The notes beneath the pieces were generated by a model. That model saw only the letters and a list, made by a program, of their open reading frames with translations, made no database searches and was not told where the DNA came from. DNA of 64,000 nt from an uncultured bacterium (GTDB taxonomy: Bacteria; Fidelibacterota; Marinisomatia; Marinisomatales; UBA1611): NCBI GenBank assembly GCA_943788175.1, contig CALSPG010000005.1:70211-134210 (forward strand). The letters run 5' to 3'. Within the stretch, counting starts at the first letter, position 1, and each line of letters opens with the position of its first letter. Below, one piece after another: positions 37,751-48,645 of the stretch. Both the position numbers and the translations under genes were made by a program.

Positions 37751-39097
37751 TTGAAATTTAAAAGACATATATATTTATTAATAATCTTTGTATCTACCAC
37801 CATAGCTCAAGATTATGATGTTTCTGAGTGTATTAAAATAGCAATCGACAGAAAAGGTACCTTGGTTTCGGCAGGCTTAGATGTGGAATCTGCCAGTCAA
37901 GGGCTTCTAGGATCTTATAGTGGGTTGCTCCCTTCTTTAAATTTCTCCACTGCAAGTGGTAAGACAAAATATCCTGATCAAGAAATAATCATCCCAGATT
38001 TAGTGAACCTTGAAATTGATACTGTTAGTTCAGGAGAATCGAGTTATATGTCAGCAGGCTTATCGATAAATCAAACAATTTACAATGGCGGCAAATCATT
38101 AAATACAGTAAAGCAGGCCAAAGTAAACTTAAAAATAGCAAAGTTAAGAAAAAGGAACACAAAAATACAGGTTATTCAAAATGTGACATCTTCATATTAT
38201 GGGTTATTAAAAGCGCAACAATTGCTGGAAGTTGCTTTAAAAAATCTTAGTTTGTCAGAAAAGCAAGTTAACCTCGTGCAAAAACAATTTGAACTAGGAG
38301 CTGTAAGAAAAACTGATTTACTTAAAGCAAACGTTTCTATGGGGCAAGCCAAAGTGGAGCTTTTAAATAGGAAAACATCTTTGGAAAATTCTAGAAGACA
38401 ATTATTTAATGATATGGGTATGATAGATTTTGGACAATCAATCCAAGCTAAAAGTAGTGATTGGATACCGGTTTCAGTCCCATCTAGTGCAGAAGCGTTA
38501 GGGTTATTAAAAGAAAAAAACCCCAATGTATTGATTCAAAAAGCTGCGATAGAAATTGGCAATATCCAATTTAAAATAGCTAAAGGTATGAGGTCTCCAT
38601 CTGCTTTTGCATCAATTGATTATTCTGCAAGTGGTGATAACAGCGAACAATTAAAAGAATCTTTAAAAGATGATTGGAGATTAGGCGTAAGTATGGCTAT
38701 AAACTTCCCAATATTTTCGGGGAATTCATTATCTACTGCTCAACAGCAGGCAAAACTATCTCAGAGAAAATATGAGAATGACTATCTAACATTTTTAAAT
38801 GATTTACGTGTTCAAGTTGAACTAATTAGAAAGTCTATAATGAATTATTCTGAAATAATTCCAATTAACCAGGATGTTGTTTCTGCTGCAGAAGAAGACC
38901 TTAAACTTGCACAGAAAAGATATAGCATTGGTTCAGCAACGATCTTAGAAGTACTAGATGCTCAGGTCTCATTAATTCGGTCTAATTCAACTCTTATAAA
39001 TACAGTTCATGATGCAAGAATACAAGAAATGAGACTTAAGGCTTTGTTAGGAATGTTAGATTTAGAATATCAAACTAAAGAAGAAGAAATAAAATAA
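37751..39097 (+). CDS. tolC: TolC-family outer-membrane efflux protein
   Basis: It has the signal peptide MKFKRHIYLLIIFVSTTIAQ and two OEP repeats with long helical segments. It is the first gene of the MacAB-type pump cluster. A TTG start is called. Confidence 0.85.
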   Translation: MKFKRHIYLLIIFVSTTIAQDYDVSECIKIAIDRKGTLVSAGLDVESASQGLLGSYSGLLPSLNFSTASGKTKYPDQEIIIPDLVNLEIDTVSSGESSYMSAGLSINQTIYNGGKSLNTVKQAKVNLKIAKLRKRNTKIQVIQNVTSSYYGLLKAQQLLEVALKNLSLSEKQVNLVQKQFELGAVRKTDLLKANVSMGQAKVELLNRKTSLENSRRQLFNDMGMIDFGQSIQAKSSDWIPVSVPSSAEALGLLKEKNPNVLIQKAAIEIGNIQFKIAKGMRSPSAFASIDYSASGDNSEQLKESLKDDWRLGVSMAINFPIFSGNSLSTAQQQAKLSQRKYENDYLTFLNDLRVQVELIRKSIMNYSEIIPINQDVVSAAEEDLKLAQKRYSIGSATILEVLDAQVSLIRSNSTLINTVHDARIQEMRLKALLGMLDLEYQTKEEEIK

Positions 39098-40344
39098 TGT
39101 TAGAAGTAATAAAGAAAAAAACTGTTTGGGTGTCATTAGTGGCAACTTGCCTCCTAAGCATTGGCTTTTATTTAAAATATTATAAATCCGATGACTTGCC
39201 TACTGTTACAGCAGAATTAGTTGAAAAACGAGATATCGTTCATAAGGTGAATGCGAGTGGAACCATTCAGCCAGAAGAAGAAGTTCAAATTACTTCAATG
39301 GTTTCAGGATGGATCACAAATATTACAGTACTCGAGGGAGATACTGTAAAACCAGGACAACATCTTATTAGTATTGATAAAAAACAATATCAAGCTGCTT
39401 ATGACCAAGCTTTATCTCAGGTTAGATCTGCAAAAGCAAATTTAAAAAATATTAAATCACAACTAGATAGAACTAAAACTTTATTTAGCCAAAAACTGAT
39501 TTCAAAGCAGGAACTCGAGCAAATTGAAGCATCATATGAGTTGGCTTCTAGCCAAGTAGAGCAGGCTAGAGCAGCTTTGCTTTCGAGAGAAGACGAACTT
39601 TCTAAGACAAAATTAGTAGCACCTAAATATGGTATAGTTACAAGTCTCTCAAAAGAAGAAGGTGAAATGGCCCTAGGTGGTATGTTTAACCCTGGAGTCT
39701 TAATGACAATAGCAGACCTTAGTTATATGGAGGTGCTGGTTGATGTAAATGAAAATGATGTTGTTACGATAGATGTAGGCGATACAACTGAAATTGAAAT
39801 TGATGCTTTTCCAGATACTCTTTTTTATGGACTGGTAAGTGAAATTGCTCATACAGCGCAAAATTTAAATATGGGTGGTCAGCAACAAGTAACAAACTTT
39901 AAAGTAAAGGTCAAAATTTTAAATCCACCTGAAAAAATTAGGCCAGGGATGAGCAGTACGGTAAACATTATTTCTCAAACAATTAAAAATACGATTTCTG
40001 TTCCTATTCAATCTCTCGTTTCAAGACCTAAAAATTTTGAAGATCTTAAACACGGTAATCAGGAGGAAAGAGACTGGGATGATGAAGAGTACTCTAGCAT
40101 TGAAGAAAGCATCGATGTTGTATTTATTCTAGTAGATGTATTTGATGGGGAAAAAGTATCTAATGGTGAAAAGTATGCAGTAGTAAAACCTGTTGACGTC
40201 GGTCTTTCTAGTGAAGATTATTATTCTGTTCAGTCTGGTGTAGCAAGTGGGAATTTAATTGTTACGGGTAGGTATAGGGTATTGAGCAAAGAGCTACAAC
40301 ATGGTATGAAAGTATCATTTAAACAAGATTTACCATCAAATTAA
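39097..40344 (+). CDS. macA: Efflux periplasmic adaptor (HlyD/MacA family)
   Basis: It has an N-terminal anchor, a lipoyl-like segment ([24 protein letters not shown]), a coiled-coil hairpin and a beta-barrel domain. Confidence 0.85.
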   Translation: MLEVIKKKTVWVSLVATCLLSIGFYLKYYKSDDLPTVTAELVEKRDIVHKVNASGTIQPEEEVQITSMVSGWITNITVLEGDTVKPGQHLISIDKKQYQAAYDQALSQVRSAKANLKNIKSQLDRTKTLFSQKLISKQELEQIEASYELASSQVEQARAALLSREDELSKTKLVAPKYGIVTSLSKEEGEMALGGMFNPGVLMTIADLSYMEVLVDVNENDVVTIDVGDTTEIEIDAFPDTLFYGLVSEIAHTAQNLNMGGQQQVTNFKVKVKILNPPEKIRPGMSSTVNIISQTIKNTISVPIQSLVSRPKNFEDLKHGNQEERDWDDEEYSSIEESIDVVFILVDVFDGEKVSNGEKYAVVKPVDVGLSSEDYYSVQSGVASGNLIVTGRYRVLSKELQHGMKVSFKQDLPSN

Positions 40345-40382
40345 TTGACAAGTTTAGAGTTCCTATAAAAAGTTTATACGTA

Positions 40383-41072
40383 ATGAAATTAATCGGGTTA
40401 AAAGATATTTACAAGATTTACAATGTAGGGGGTGAAGAAGTTCGAGCACTCGATGGTGTTGATCTAAAAATTAACAATAATGAATACATGGCAATAATGG
40501 GTCCGTCTGGGTCTGGAAAATCTACAATGATGAATATGATTGGCTGTCTGGATTCTCCTAGTTCGGGGTTATATGAGTTTGAAGGTGAAAAAGTACACAT
40601 TATGGATGATGGCCAGTTAGCTTCAATAAGAAATCGTAAAATTGGATTTGTATTTCAGACTTTTAACCTCCTACCAAAAGCCAGTGCTTTACACAATGTC
40701 GAGATTCCGCTTGTTTACGCAAATATAAAAAAAGAAAAAAGATTAAAAATGGCTTCTGATGCCTTAATCAGCGTTGGTCTTGAAGACAGAATGCACCATC
40801 GCCCGAATGAATTATCTGGAGGGCAGAGACAACGGGTGGCAATTGCTAGGGCACTTGTCAATAATCCTTCCATCATTCTTGCTGATGAGCCAACTGGTAA
40901 CCTTGATTCGAAAAGTGGACATGAAATAATGAAAATTTTTGATGAATTGCATAGGAACGGGAATACAATAATCTTAGTAACGCATGAAGATGATATTGCG
41001 AAATACTCTAATCGCATAGTGCGTTTATTAGATGGAAAAATTGTCAAAGATGAAATAGTTGTAAAAAATTGA
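40383..41072 (+). CDS. macB: MacB/LolD-type ABC ATP-binding protein
   Basis: Walker A is GPSGSGKST, the signature is [15 protein letters not shown] and Walker B is [12 protein letters not shown]. Confidence 0.9.
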   Translation: MKLIGLKDIYKIYNVGGEEVRALDGVDLKINNNEYMAIMGPSGSGKSTMMNMIGCLDSPSSGLYEFEGEKVHIMDDGQLASIRNRKIGFVFQTFNLLPKASALHNVEIPLVYANIKKEKRLKMASDALISVGLEDRMHHRPNELSGGQRQRVAIARALVNNPSIILADEPTGNLDSKSGHEIMKIFDELHRNGNTIILVTHEDDIAKYSNRIVRLLDGKIVKDEIVVKN

Positions 41073-42280
41073 TTTCTTTATTCTATGAAAACTTAAAGAT
41101 TTCATTGGTTGCTGTTTTTGCAAATAAAACGAAATCGTTACTAACGGCACTAGGCATAATAATTGGCGTTCTATCTGTAACTTTAATGGGCACACTTATT
41201 TCTGGGTTAGACCGTTCATTTGAGAGCAGCATGTCGTGGCTTGGTAAAGATGTTTTATACGTCAGTCGCTATGAGTGGTTTAGTGATATGGAATGGTGGG
41301 AAGTAAAGAACAGGCCAAGGATGAGGTCAGAATATGTAGATAAAATTAAAAATTTATCGAAGTACGCTCTAGCGGTGTCGCCGGTAATGCAGCGAACAGC
41401 ATCTTTATCATATGCAGATAAAGAGACGCGAACGGAAATATTTGGGACCAATGAAGAGTACATGGAAACAATTAGTACTGATTTGGATTTAGGGCGATTT
41501 TTTTCTTTAAGCGAGGACAGAAATGGTTCTAGGGTTACAATTATTGGATATGGTTTAAAAGAAGCTTTTTTTGGCTCTGATAACCCGATAGGTAAATATA
41601 TAAAAATTGATAATATAAAATTCAGAGTTATTGGTGTACTAGAAAAACAAGGAAAGTTCTTGGGTTTATTTAGTGTTGATAATCAAGCCATCCTTCCTTT
41701 GGGGGCTTATAATAGGATTTTTTCGAAACGCGGTTGGATGCGTCTAAGTGTAAAAGTTCCTGAACAAAAAATTGAGGATGGTCATGATGAAATTACTGGT
41801 ATCATGAGGCAAATACGCGGACTTAAACCAAGTGAAAAAAGTGACTTTGCCATCAATAAAACAAAAGCATTCGAGGCGCAGTACAACAAATTAAAACTTG
41901 CCATAGGGGGCACGGGATATTTTATCACATTATTGTCTCTTATAGTTGGGGGCATTGGAATAATGAATATTATGTTTGTTACGGTAAAAGAAAGGACACG
42001 AGAGATTGGAGTTCGAAAAGCAATTGGAGCAACAAATGGCATGATTTTAAGTCAGTTTCTTATGGAGGCAGTTACAATATGTTTTTTTGCAGGGCTAATT
42101 GGACTGTTATTAGCTTACATAATTAGTTTATTTATTAATCAAGTTTTTCCATCGACTTTGCCCTTAGGACTTTCACTGTTTTCAATTTTTATTAGTATGT
42201 TGGTTGGAATACTCTCTGGAATAATCCCCGCATATAAAGCTTCAAAACTTGACCCAATAGATGCTTTGAGGTATGAATAA
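41069..42280 (+). CDS. ABC transporter permease, MacB periplasmic-core + FtsX domain (1 of 2)
   Basis: The topology is TM1, a large periplasmic domain and three further TM segments. The FtsX-family motif [15 protein letters not shown] is present. Confidence 0.85.
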   Translation: MISLFYENLKISLVAVFANKTKSLLTALGIIIGVLSVTLMGTLISGLDRSFESSMSWLGKDVLYVSRYEWFSDMEWWEVKNRPRMRSEYVDKIKNLSKYALAVSPVMQRTASLSYADKETRTEIFGTNEEYMETISTDLDLGRFFSLSEDRNGSRVTIIGYGLKEAFFGSDNPIGKYIKIDNIKFRVIGVLEKQGKFLGLFSVDNQAILPLGAYNRIFSKRGWMRLSVKVPEQKIEDGHDEITGIMRQIRGLKPSEKSDFAINKTKAFEAQYNKLKLAIGGTGYFITLLSLIVGGIGIMNIMFVTVKERTREIGVRKAIGATNGMILSQFLMEAVTICFFAGLIGLLLAYIISLFINQVFPSTLPLGLSLFSIFISMLVGILSGIIPAYKASKLDPIDALRYE

Positions 42281-43529
42281 AGTGCTTTCAAGAAGCTTAA
42301 AAAATATCCTCCGTGAAAGTTTTTATATGGCTATTGATGCAATTAGACAAAACAAGCTTAGATCGTCCCTGACTTTGATAGGAATAAGTATTGGTGTCTT
42401 TTCAGTAATTGGAGTGATGACTGCAATAAGGACATTAGAATCATCAGTTGCTTCTGGTCTTAATGTTTTTGCAGCAAATACATTTGTAATTCAAAAATTC
42501 CCGGCAATACAAATTGGGAGGCGAACAAAAAACTATAGAAACAGAAAAAATATAGACTTTAGCCAATACAAAAAATTAAAACAAAAAGCTAAGCTTCCTG
42601 TTCTTATCAGTGTTAATGAGGGTCAGTCAATAAGGAATGTCAAATACAAGGATAAAATAGTTAAAAATTATATAGAATTATTTGGTGGCGATGAAGGCAG
42701 TATAAGGATGGTTAATACTTTTATTTCTGAGGGAAGAAACATTGCCCCAGACGATGTGAGATATGCAAGGAACGTATGCATCTTAGGAATGGATGTTGTA
42801 GATAGACTTTTTCCTTTTGAAAATCCGCTTTCAAAAAAAATACAACTAAATGGATTGGATTATCATGTTATTGGTATTGCTGAAAGGAAAGGAGAAGCAT
42901 TCGGTCAAAGTCAAGATAACTATATTGCTATTCCAATTACAAATTTTTTACAAAAGTTTTCAAATAAGTGGACATCCTTAAGTATAAATGTAGAGGCTCG
43001 TTCTGAATTAGAATATGAAAAAACAAGACAAGAAGTGATTGGAATTATGCGATCAATACGGAAAGTAAGCCCGGGAGATGAAAATGATTTTGAGATTGTG
43101 ACAAGTGATGAAATGATTGAAACTCTTTCAGGGTTTACTAACGGAATAAAGCTTTTTGCGCTAATGGTAAGTGTAATTGCACTGATTGTGGCTGGAATTG
43201 GAATCATGAATATAATGCTGGTTTCTGTTACGGAGAGAATTAAAGAAATTGGGATAAGAAAAGCGATTGGAGCAACAAAGCAAGATATCTTGACGCAGTT
43301 TTTAATGGAGGCTGTTTTTTTGAGTGAATTTGGTGGAATTGCTGGTATTATATTTGGCATAGGCGCAGGGAATATTGTTTCTTTTGTTTTTAATATACCT
43401 GCTGTAATACCGATGGATTGGGCTGTTATTGGACTTTTAGTTTGTTCAATTATTGGGATTGGTTTTGGTATATACCCAGCCTGGAAAGCGGCCCAGCTTG
43501 ATCCAATTGAATCACTCCGCTTCGAATAA
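42273..43529 (+). CDS. ABC transporter permease, MacB periplasmic-core + FtsX domain (2 of 2)
   Basis: The layout matches the previous gene. It carries ERIKEIGIRKAIGAT and the C-terminus PAWKAAQLDPIESLRFE. Confidence 0.85.
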   Translation: MNKVLSRSLKNILRESFYMAIDAIRQNKLRSSLTLIGISIGVFSVIGVMTAIRTLESSVASGLNVFAANTFVIQKFPAIQIGRRTKNYRNRKNIDFSQYKKLKQKAKLPVLISVNEGQSIRNVKYKDKIVKNYIELFGGDEGSIRMVNTFISEGRNIAPDDVRYARNVCILGMDVVDRLFPFENPLSKKIQLNGLDYHVIGIAERKGEAFGQSQDNYIAIPITNFLQKFSNKWTSLSINVEARSELEYEKTRQEVIGIMRSIRKVSPGDENDFEIVTSDEMIETLSGFTNGIKLFALMVSVIALIVAGIGIMNIMLVSVTERIKEIGIRKAIGATKQDILTQFLMEAVFLSEFGGIAGIIFGIGAGNIVSFVFNIPAVIPMDWAVIGLLVCSIIGIGFGIYPAWKAAQLDPIESLRFE

Positions 43530-43659
43530 ATTTTCTTTTACAAAAAGGAAGGCTAAGTTTCACAACAAAAACTATGCCTAATTCATTACATATAAACGCA
43601 GTCACCTACTATACGAGAGCAATAATGATGATTTATAAATTTAATTTTATTATGAAATA

Positions 43660-44379
43660 ATGGTAGTAGGCGTTATCCCAGCAAGAATTGGTTCGAAGAG
43701 GTTTCCTAAAAAAATATTAGTGGATATTAATGGTAAACCTATGATTGCGCATGTTGCAGAAAGAGCTAAGCAATCAAAGCTTTTAGATAAGGTTATCGTG
43801 GCAATAGATTCTGAAGAAACGAAGCAAGTTTTGTCTGATTTTGATTTTGAACTAGTCATGACTAGTGAGAAGCATTCAAGTGGAACAGATCGGGTTTCTC
43901 AAGTTATAAAAGAGATAGATGAGGCTGAAGTAGTTATCAATATTCAGGGTGATGAACCATTGTTGAATCCCGGCTTAATTGATGGGCTTATAAAACTATT
44001 TGATGACCCTACAGTAACAATGGCTACGGTAGTAAGTCGCAATATAGGTATTAGAGATTATCTAGATAGAAACATAGTGAAAGCCTTTTTAGATGAACAT
44101 CAAAATGCATATGATTTTAAGCGCGATATTTATGACTCAGATATTGGTGGCGTTTTTAGGCACATAGGCTTTTATGGTTTTCAAAGAGAAACTCTTTTTG
44201 AATTTGCTTCAATGCCGGTCTCAAAAAATGAAATTAAATATTCACTTGAACAGTTCCGAGCGTTAGATAATGATATAGAAATTAAGGCACTAATAACAAA
44301 TTCAGAGCAACATGCAGTTGATACCCCTCAAGATCTAGATTATGTGATTGCTAAGTTGAATAAAGAAAAAATTAATTAA
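43660..44379 (+). CDS. kdsB: 3-deoxy-manno-octulosonate cytidylyltransferase (CMP-KDO synthetase)
   Basis: It has VIPARIGSKRFPKKILVDINGKPMIAHV and IQGDEPLL. Confidence 0.9.
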   Translation: MVVGVIPARIGSKRFPKKILVDINGKPMIAHVAERAKQSKLLDKVIVAIDSEETKQVLSDFDFELVMTSEKHSSGTDRVSQVIKEIDEAEVVINIQGDEPLLNPGLIDGLIKLFDDPTVTMATVVSRNIGIRDYLDRNIVKAFLDEHQNAYDFKRDIYDSDIGGVFRHIGFYGFQRETLFEFASMPVSKNEIKYSLEQFRALDNDIEIKALITNSEQHAVDTPQDLDYVIAKLNKEKIN

Positions 44380-44392
44380 TAGGATATTTATA

Positions 44393-46018
44393 ATGTCTTC
44401 AAAAAATCCCACTAAATATATATTTGTACTTGGCGGAGTTATGTCTGGCTTGGGCAAGGGTATTGCGGCCTCATCTATTGGCTACATATTAAAAAACTCA
44501 GGTCTAAGAGTTACAATTTTGAAATTGGATCCATATTTAAATGTTGATCCCGGGACAATGAATCCTTATCAGCATGGCGAAGTATTTGTTTTAGATGATG
44601 GTTCTGAAACAGATCTTGATTTAGGTCACTATGAACGTTTCATAGATATAAGCATGACAAAAAACAATAATGCAACAGCAGGCCAGATATACAGCACAGT
44701 GCTAGACAAAGAACGAAAAGGCGAGTATCTCGGTCAGACTGTTCAAGTAATTCCTCATGTAACCGATGAAATCATAAAAAGAATAAAGAGTGTAAATAAA
44801 CCAAAGAAATACGATGTCGTAATTTGTGAAGTCGGGGGTACTGTTGGAGACATAGAAAGCTTGCCTTTTATGGAAGCAATTCGACAGTTGTCCTTAAATG
44901 TTGGACGTGAAAATCATTTGATAATGCACGTGACTTTATTACCATATGTTAAAGCTAGTGGTGAACTTAAATCAAAGCCAACTCAACACTCAGTTATGAA
45001 GTTAAGAGAAATTGGACTTACGCCAGATATGATTTTGTGCCGTTCAGATCATAAAATAGATAAATCGGTTAGAGAAAAAATCGCTCTATTTTGTAATGTG
45101 AGGGCAGACCATGTTTTTGAAGGTAGAGATGTTAGTAGTATTTATGAGGTTCCATTATTATTGCATAAACAAAACATGGGTCATTTAGTTAATGAGCGTT
45201 TACAATTAGATAAAGAGCCTGAATTAACTAAGTTAAAAAATTTCGTACACAATTACAAAAATCCTGAGGTAGAGGTTTTAATTGCGATGTGTGGTAAATA
45301 CACTGAACTCATTGATTCCTATAAAAGTGTTTTAGAATCTTTTGTCCATGCAGGAGTTGAGAACAATACAAGAGTAAATATTAAATGGGTCAAAACAGAT
45401 AAAATCACAAATGATACGACTGCAAAAAAAGAGTTTAAAAATGTTGATGGTATTTTAATATTACCTGGTTTTGGGGCAAGGGGAAGCGAAGGAAAAATTT
45501 TATCTTCCAAATATGCTAGGGAAAATAATGTGCCTTTTTTTGGAATATGTTTAGGTATGCAATGTGCTATTATTGACTTTGCTAGGAACGTGTGTGGATT
45601 AAAAGGAGCCAATTCAACAGAGTTTAACAAACGTACAAAACACCCAGTAATTGATTTGATGGAATCACAAAAAGCGATAAAAATCAAGGGCGGTACTATG
45701 AGACTTGGAGCGTATGACTGCACTATTAAACCTGGGACAAAAGCATTCTCAGCATATAGATCGAAAAAGGTTTCTGAGAGACATAGGCATCGTTTCGAAG
45801 TAAACAATAGGTACAAAAAAAAGCTTGAAAAAGCTGGAATGATCATCTCTGGAGTTAATGAAGAGTTAGGGGTTGTAGAAACAATTGAGATAAGTGAACA
45901 CCCGTGGTTTGTTGCTGGTCAGTTTCACCCAGAATTAAAGAGTCGTGTAAATAAAGCTCATCCCCTTTTCAGAGAATTTATAAAATCGTCAAAAAAATAT
46001 AATGCGAAGAGGAAATAA
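44393..46018 (+). CDS. pyrG: CTP synthase
   Basis: It has the synthetase-domain motif GGVMSGLGKGI and the GATase nucleophile FGICLGMQ. HRHRFEVN lies in the C-terminal domain. Confidence 0.95.
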   Translation: MSSKNPTKYIFVLGGVMSGLGKGIAASSIGYILKNSGLRVTILKLDPYLNVDPGTMNPYQHGEVFVLDDGSETDLDLGHYERFIDISMTKNNNATAGQIYSTVLDKERKGEYLGQTVQVIPHVTDEIIKRIKSVNKPKKYDVVICEVGGTVGDIESLPFMEAIRQLSLNVGRENHLIMHVTLLPYVKASGELKSKPTQHSVMKLREIGLTPDMILCRSDHKIDKSVREKIALFCNVRADHVFEGRDVSSIYEVPLLLHKQNMGHLVNERLQLDKEPELTKLKNFVHNYKNPEVEVLIAMCGKYTELIDSYKSVLESFVHAGVENNTRVNIKWVKTDKITNDTTAKKEFKNVDGILILPGFGARGSEGKILSSKYARENNVPFFGICLGMQCAIIDFARNVCGLKGANSTEFNKRTKHPVIDLMESQKAIKIKGGTMRLGAYDCTIKPGTKAFSAYRSKKVSERHRHRFEVNNRYKKKLEKAGMIISGVNEELGVVETIEISEHPWFVAGQFHPELKSRVNKAHPLFREFIKSSKKYNAKRK

Positions 46019-46834
46019 ATGTTAAAAGAAATTAAAGTTGGTGAAGTCGTCTTTGGGGATAACAATCTCGGAATCATCGCTGGTCCTTGTGTTATTGAAA
46101 ACCGAGATCACTCGTTAAAAATGTCTTCAGCAATAAATGAAATTTCAAGAAAAGTACATCTTCCTATTATTTTTAAAAGCTCTTTTGACAAAGCAAACAG
46201 GACTTCTATTGAATCATTTAGAGGTCCTGGTATTGAAGAAGGATTGAAAATTTTAAGCGACGTAAAATCAGAAACCGGAATGAAAGTGCTTACAGATATT
46301 CACACTGCCGAGCAGGCTAAAATAGTAGCAGAGGTTGTAGATATAATTCAAATTCCTGCTTTCTTGAGTAGACAGACAGATATTCTCTTAGCTGCTGCAA
46401 AAACTGGGAAGATCGTTAATATTAAAAAGGGGCAGTTTTTAGCACCTTGGGATGTTGAGCATATTGTTAAAAAAGTTGAGGAATCGGGCTCAGAAAATAT
46501 ATTGCTGACTGATAGAGGTACTCAGTTTGGGTATAATAATTTAGTTGCTGATATGCGAGCAATTCCCCTTATGCAGAACTATGGATATCCAGTTGTTTTT
46601 GACGCGACTCACAGTGCACAATTGCCTGGAGGAAGCGGTGGGCATTCATCTGGCATGAGAGATATGATTCCAACGCTAGCTAAATCTGCAGTGGCTGCTG
46701 GGTGTAATGGTGTCTTTATGGAAGTTCATGATAATGTTGATTTGGCTAAATCAGATGCAGCAACACAATGGCCTTTAGATCAATTAACTTCTCTTCTAGT
46801 AGATTTAAAAAAAGTTCATAACTCACTTAGGTAA
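46019..46834 (+). CDS. kdsA: 2-dehydro-3-deoxyphosphooctonate aldolase (KDO-8-P synthase)
   Basis: It has KSSFDKANRTS and FDATHSAQLPGG. Confidence 0.9.
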   Translation: MLKEIKVGEVVFGDNNLGIIAGPCVIENRDHSLKMSSAINEISRKVHLPIIFKSSFDKANRTSIESFRGPGIEEGLKILSDVKSETGMKVLTDIHTAEQAKIVAEVVDIIQIPAFLSRQTDILLAAAKTGKIVNIKKGQFLAPWDVEHIVKKVEESGSENILLTDRGTQFGYNNLVADMRAIPLMQNYGYPVVFDATHSAQLPGGSGGHSSGMRDMIPTLAKSAVAAGCNGVFMEVHDNVDLAKSDAATQWPLDQLTSLLVDLKKVHNSLR

Positions 46835-46838
46835 ATAT

Positions 46839-47366
46839 ATGATTGACTATAAAAAAATTGAAATGATCATTTCTGATATTGATGGCGTTTGGACTGACGG
46901 CTCTATTTATAGAGGAACTGATAATATGGAATTTAAAAAATTTTCTGTTTTTGATGGGGTTGGAGTTGCCTATGCTAGGGCAGCAGATTTAAAAATTGCA
47001 ATTATTTCTGCTCGTTATTCTCCAGCCACAGAGTTTCGAGCAAAAGAATTAAAAATTGATGACTGTTACAATGGGGGATTAAACAAGTTGCATGCTTACA
47101 ACGATTTAAAGAAGAAGTATTCATTATATGACGATCAAATCTCCTATTTAGGAGATGATATGGTTGATCTACCGGTTATGGAATTAGTTGGTTTACCAAT
47201 TGCTGTAGCTAACGCCACCCCAGATATTATTCAAGTAGCGAAGCACACAACTGAGACTAAAGGTGGTGAAGGTGCTTTTAGAGAAGCGGTTGAATGGATT
47301 ATTAAAAAGCAGAATAGAACAGAAGAAGTAAAAGAAGCAATGATAAGAAGAGTACTGAAAAGCTGA
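46839..47366 (+). CDS. kdsC: KDO-8-phosphate phosphatase
   Basis: HAD motif I is SDIDGVWTDG. GDDMVDLP and GGEGAFRE are present, and the size of 175 aa fits. Confidence 0.85.
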   Translation: MIDYKKIEMIISDIDGVWTDGSIYRGTDNMEFKKFSVFDGVGVAYARAADLKIAIISARYSPATEFRAKELKIDDCYNGGLNKLHAYNDLKKKYSLYDDQISYLGDDMVDLPVMELVGLPIAVANATPDIIQVAKHTTETKGGEGAFREAVEWIIKKQNRTEEVKEAMIRRVLKS

Positions 47367-47369
47367 TTA

Positions 47370-47897
47370 ATGAAAAAGCTAATTTGGTTAAATGTTTCAT
47401 TGTTAATTTTGTTTGGATGCTCATCTGAACCGCCTGATTTATTTTTAGAAAAAGGAACTGATTTTCCAGATCAAGAAAGTTGGGGTGTTACAATAATTTT
47501 AACAGACTCTTCAATTGAAAGAGCCAGAGTAAACTCGGGCCATTTAGAAAAATATAATCAGAAAAAGCATATTTTACTTGATGACAAAGTTCAAGTAGAC
47601 TTTTTTGATAAAAAACAGACGCATGTTGCGGTATTAAATAGTTATAAAGCTGAGGTAGATCAAAAGACAAATAATATGAAAGCAATCGGTAACGTGGTTG
47701 CAATTTCTGATAGTGGGATTACGTTGTTTACAGACACGCTTTATTGGGACGCAAAAAATGAAAAAATGAGTACTTTGGATTCTGTTATGATTACGACATT
47801 GAATGAAGACACACTCTATGGTATTGGCTTTGAATCTGACTCAGATTTAGAGAATTGGAAAATATTGAAGCCCTCTGGCGTAACTGGAAGAAATTGA
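47370..47897 (+). CDS. lptC: LPS export protein LptC-like, with a lipobox-like signal
   Basis: Its position between kdsC and lptB matches enterobacteria. The body is beta-jellyroll-like and of the right size. The N-terminus is MKKLIWLNVSLLILFGCSS. Confidence 0.65.
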   Translation: MKKLIWLNVSLLILFGCSSEPPDLFLEKGTDFPDQESWGVTIILTDSSIERARVNSGHLEKYNQKKHILLDDKVQVDFFDKKQTHVAVLNSYKAEVDQKTNNMKAIGNVVAISDSGITLFTDTLYWDAKNEKMSTLDSVMITTLNEDTLYGIGFESDSDLENWKILKPSGVTGRN

Positions 47898-47898
47898 T

Positions 47899-48642
47899 AT
47901 GAGCGAAAAAAAGATAACTTGTCTCTCAGCGAAAGGCTTGCATAAGCAATATGGCTCAAGGATGGTTGTCAATGATGTTGATATCTCGGTGAATCGAAAT
48001 GAAGTTGTGGGTTTGTTAGGGCCTAATGGAGCTGGAAAGACGACAACATTTTACATGATTACTGGCATGGTTAAGCCAACTAAAGGCGATATCTTTTTAG
48101 ATGATCATAAAATCACAAACGACCCAATGTATCGAAGAGCTAGGAAAGGCGTTGGATATCTTGCACAGGAACCTTCTATTTTTTCAAAATTAACTGTAGA
48201 AAATAATTTAAAGCTAGTGCTTGAGATGAGAAAAGATCTTACAAAAGATGAGCAAGAAGAAAAGCTAAACTCTTTATTAGACGATTTTTCTGTTACTAAA
48301 TTAAGAAGTAGTAAAGGAGGAACACTTTCAGGGGGGGAAAGAAGGCGCGTAGAAATTGCTAGATCTCTTTGCATGGACCCTGACTTTGTCCTACTAGACG
48401 AGCCTTTTGCAGGGGTTGATCCAATTGCAGTAGAAGAGATTCAGTCTATTGTTAACTCTTTAAAAGAAAGAAATATAGGTGTTTTAATTACTGATCACAA
48501 TGTAAGAGAAACTCTTTCAATAACAGACCGTTCATATCTTCTTTTTAATGGTCAAATTTTAAAATCAGGGACTTCTGAAGATTTAGCGAATGATAAAGAA
48601 GCAAAAAGGCTTTATCTCGGAGAAAAATTTAGGTTAGACTAG
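47899..48642 (+). CDS. lptB: LPS export ABC transporter ATP-binding protein
   Basis: It has GLLGPNGAGKTTTFYM, LSGGERRRVEIARSL and LLDEPFAGVDP. Confidence 0.9.
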   Translation: MSEKKITCLSAKGLHKQYGSRMVVNDVDISVNRNEVVGLLGPNGAGKTTTFYMITGMVKPTKGDIFLDDHKITNDPMYRRARKGVGYLAQEPSIFSKLTVENNLKLVLEMRKDLTKDEQEEKLNSLLDDFSVTKLRSSKGGTLSGGERRRVEIARSLCMDPDFVLLDEPFAGVDPIAVEEIQSIVNSLKERNIGVLITDHNVRETLSITDRSYLLFNGQILKSGTSEDLANDKEAKRLYLGEKFRLD

Positions 48643-48645
48643 TAT

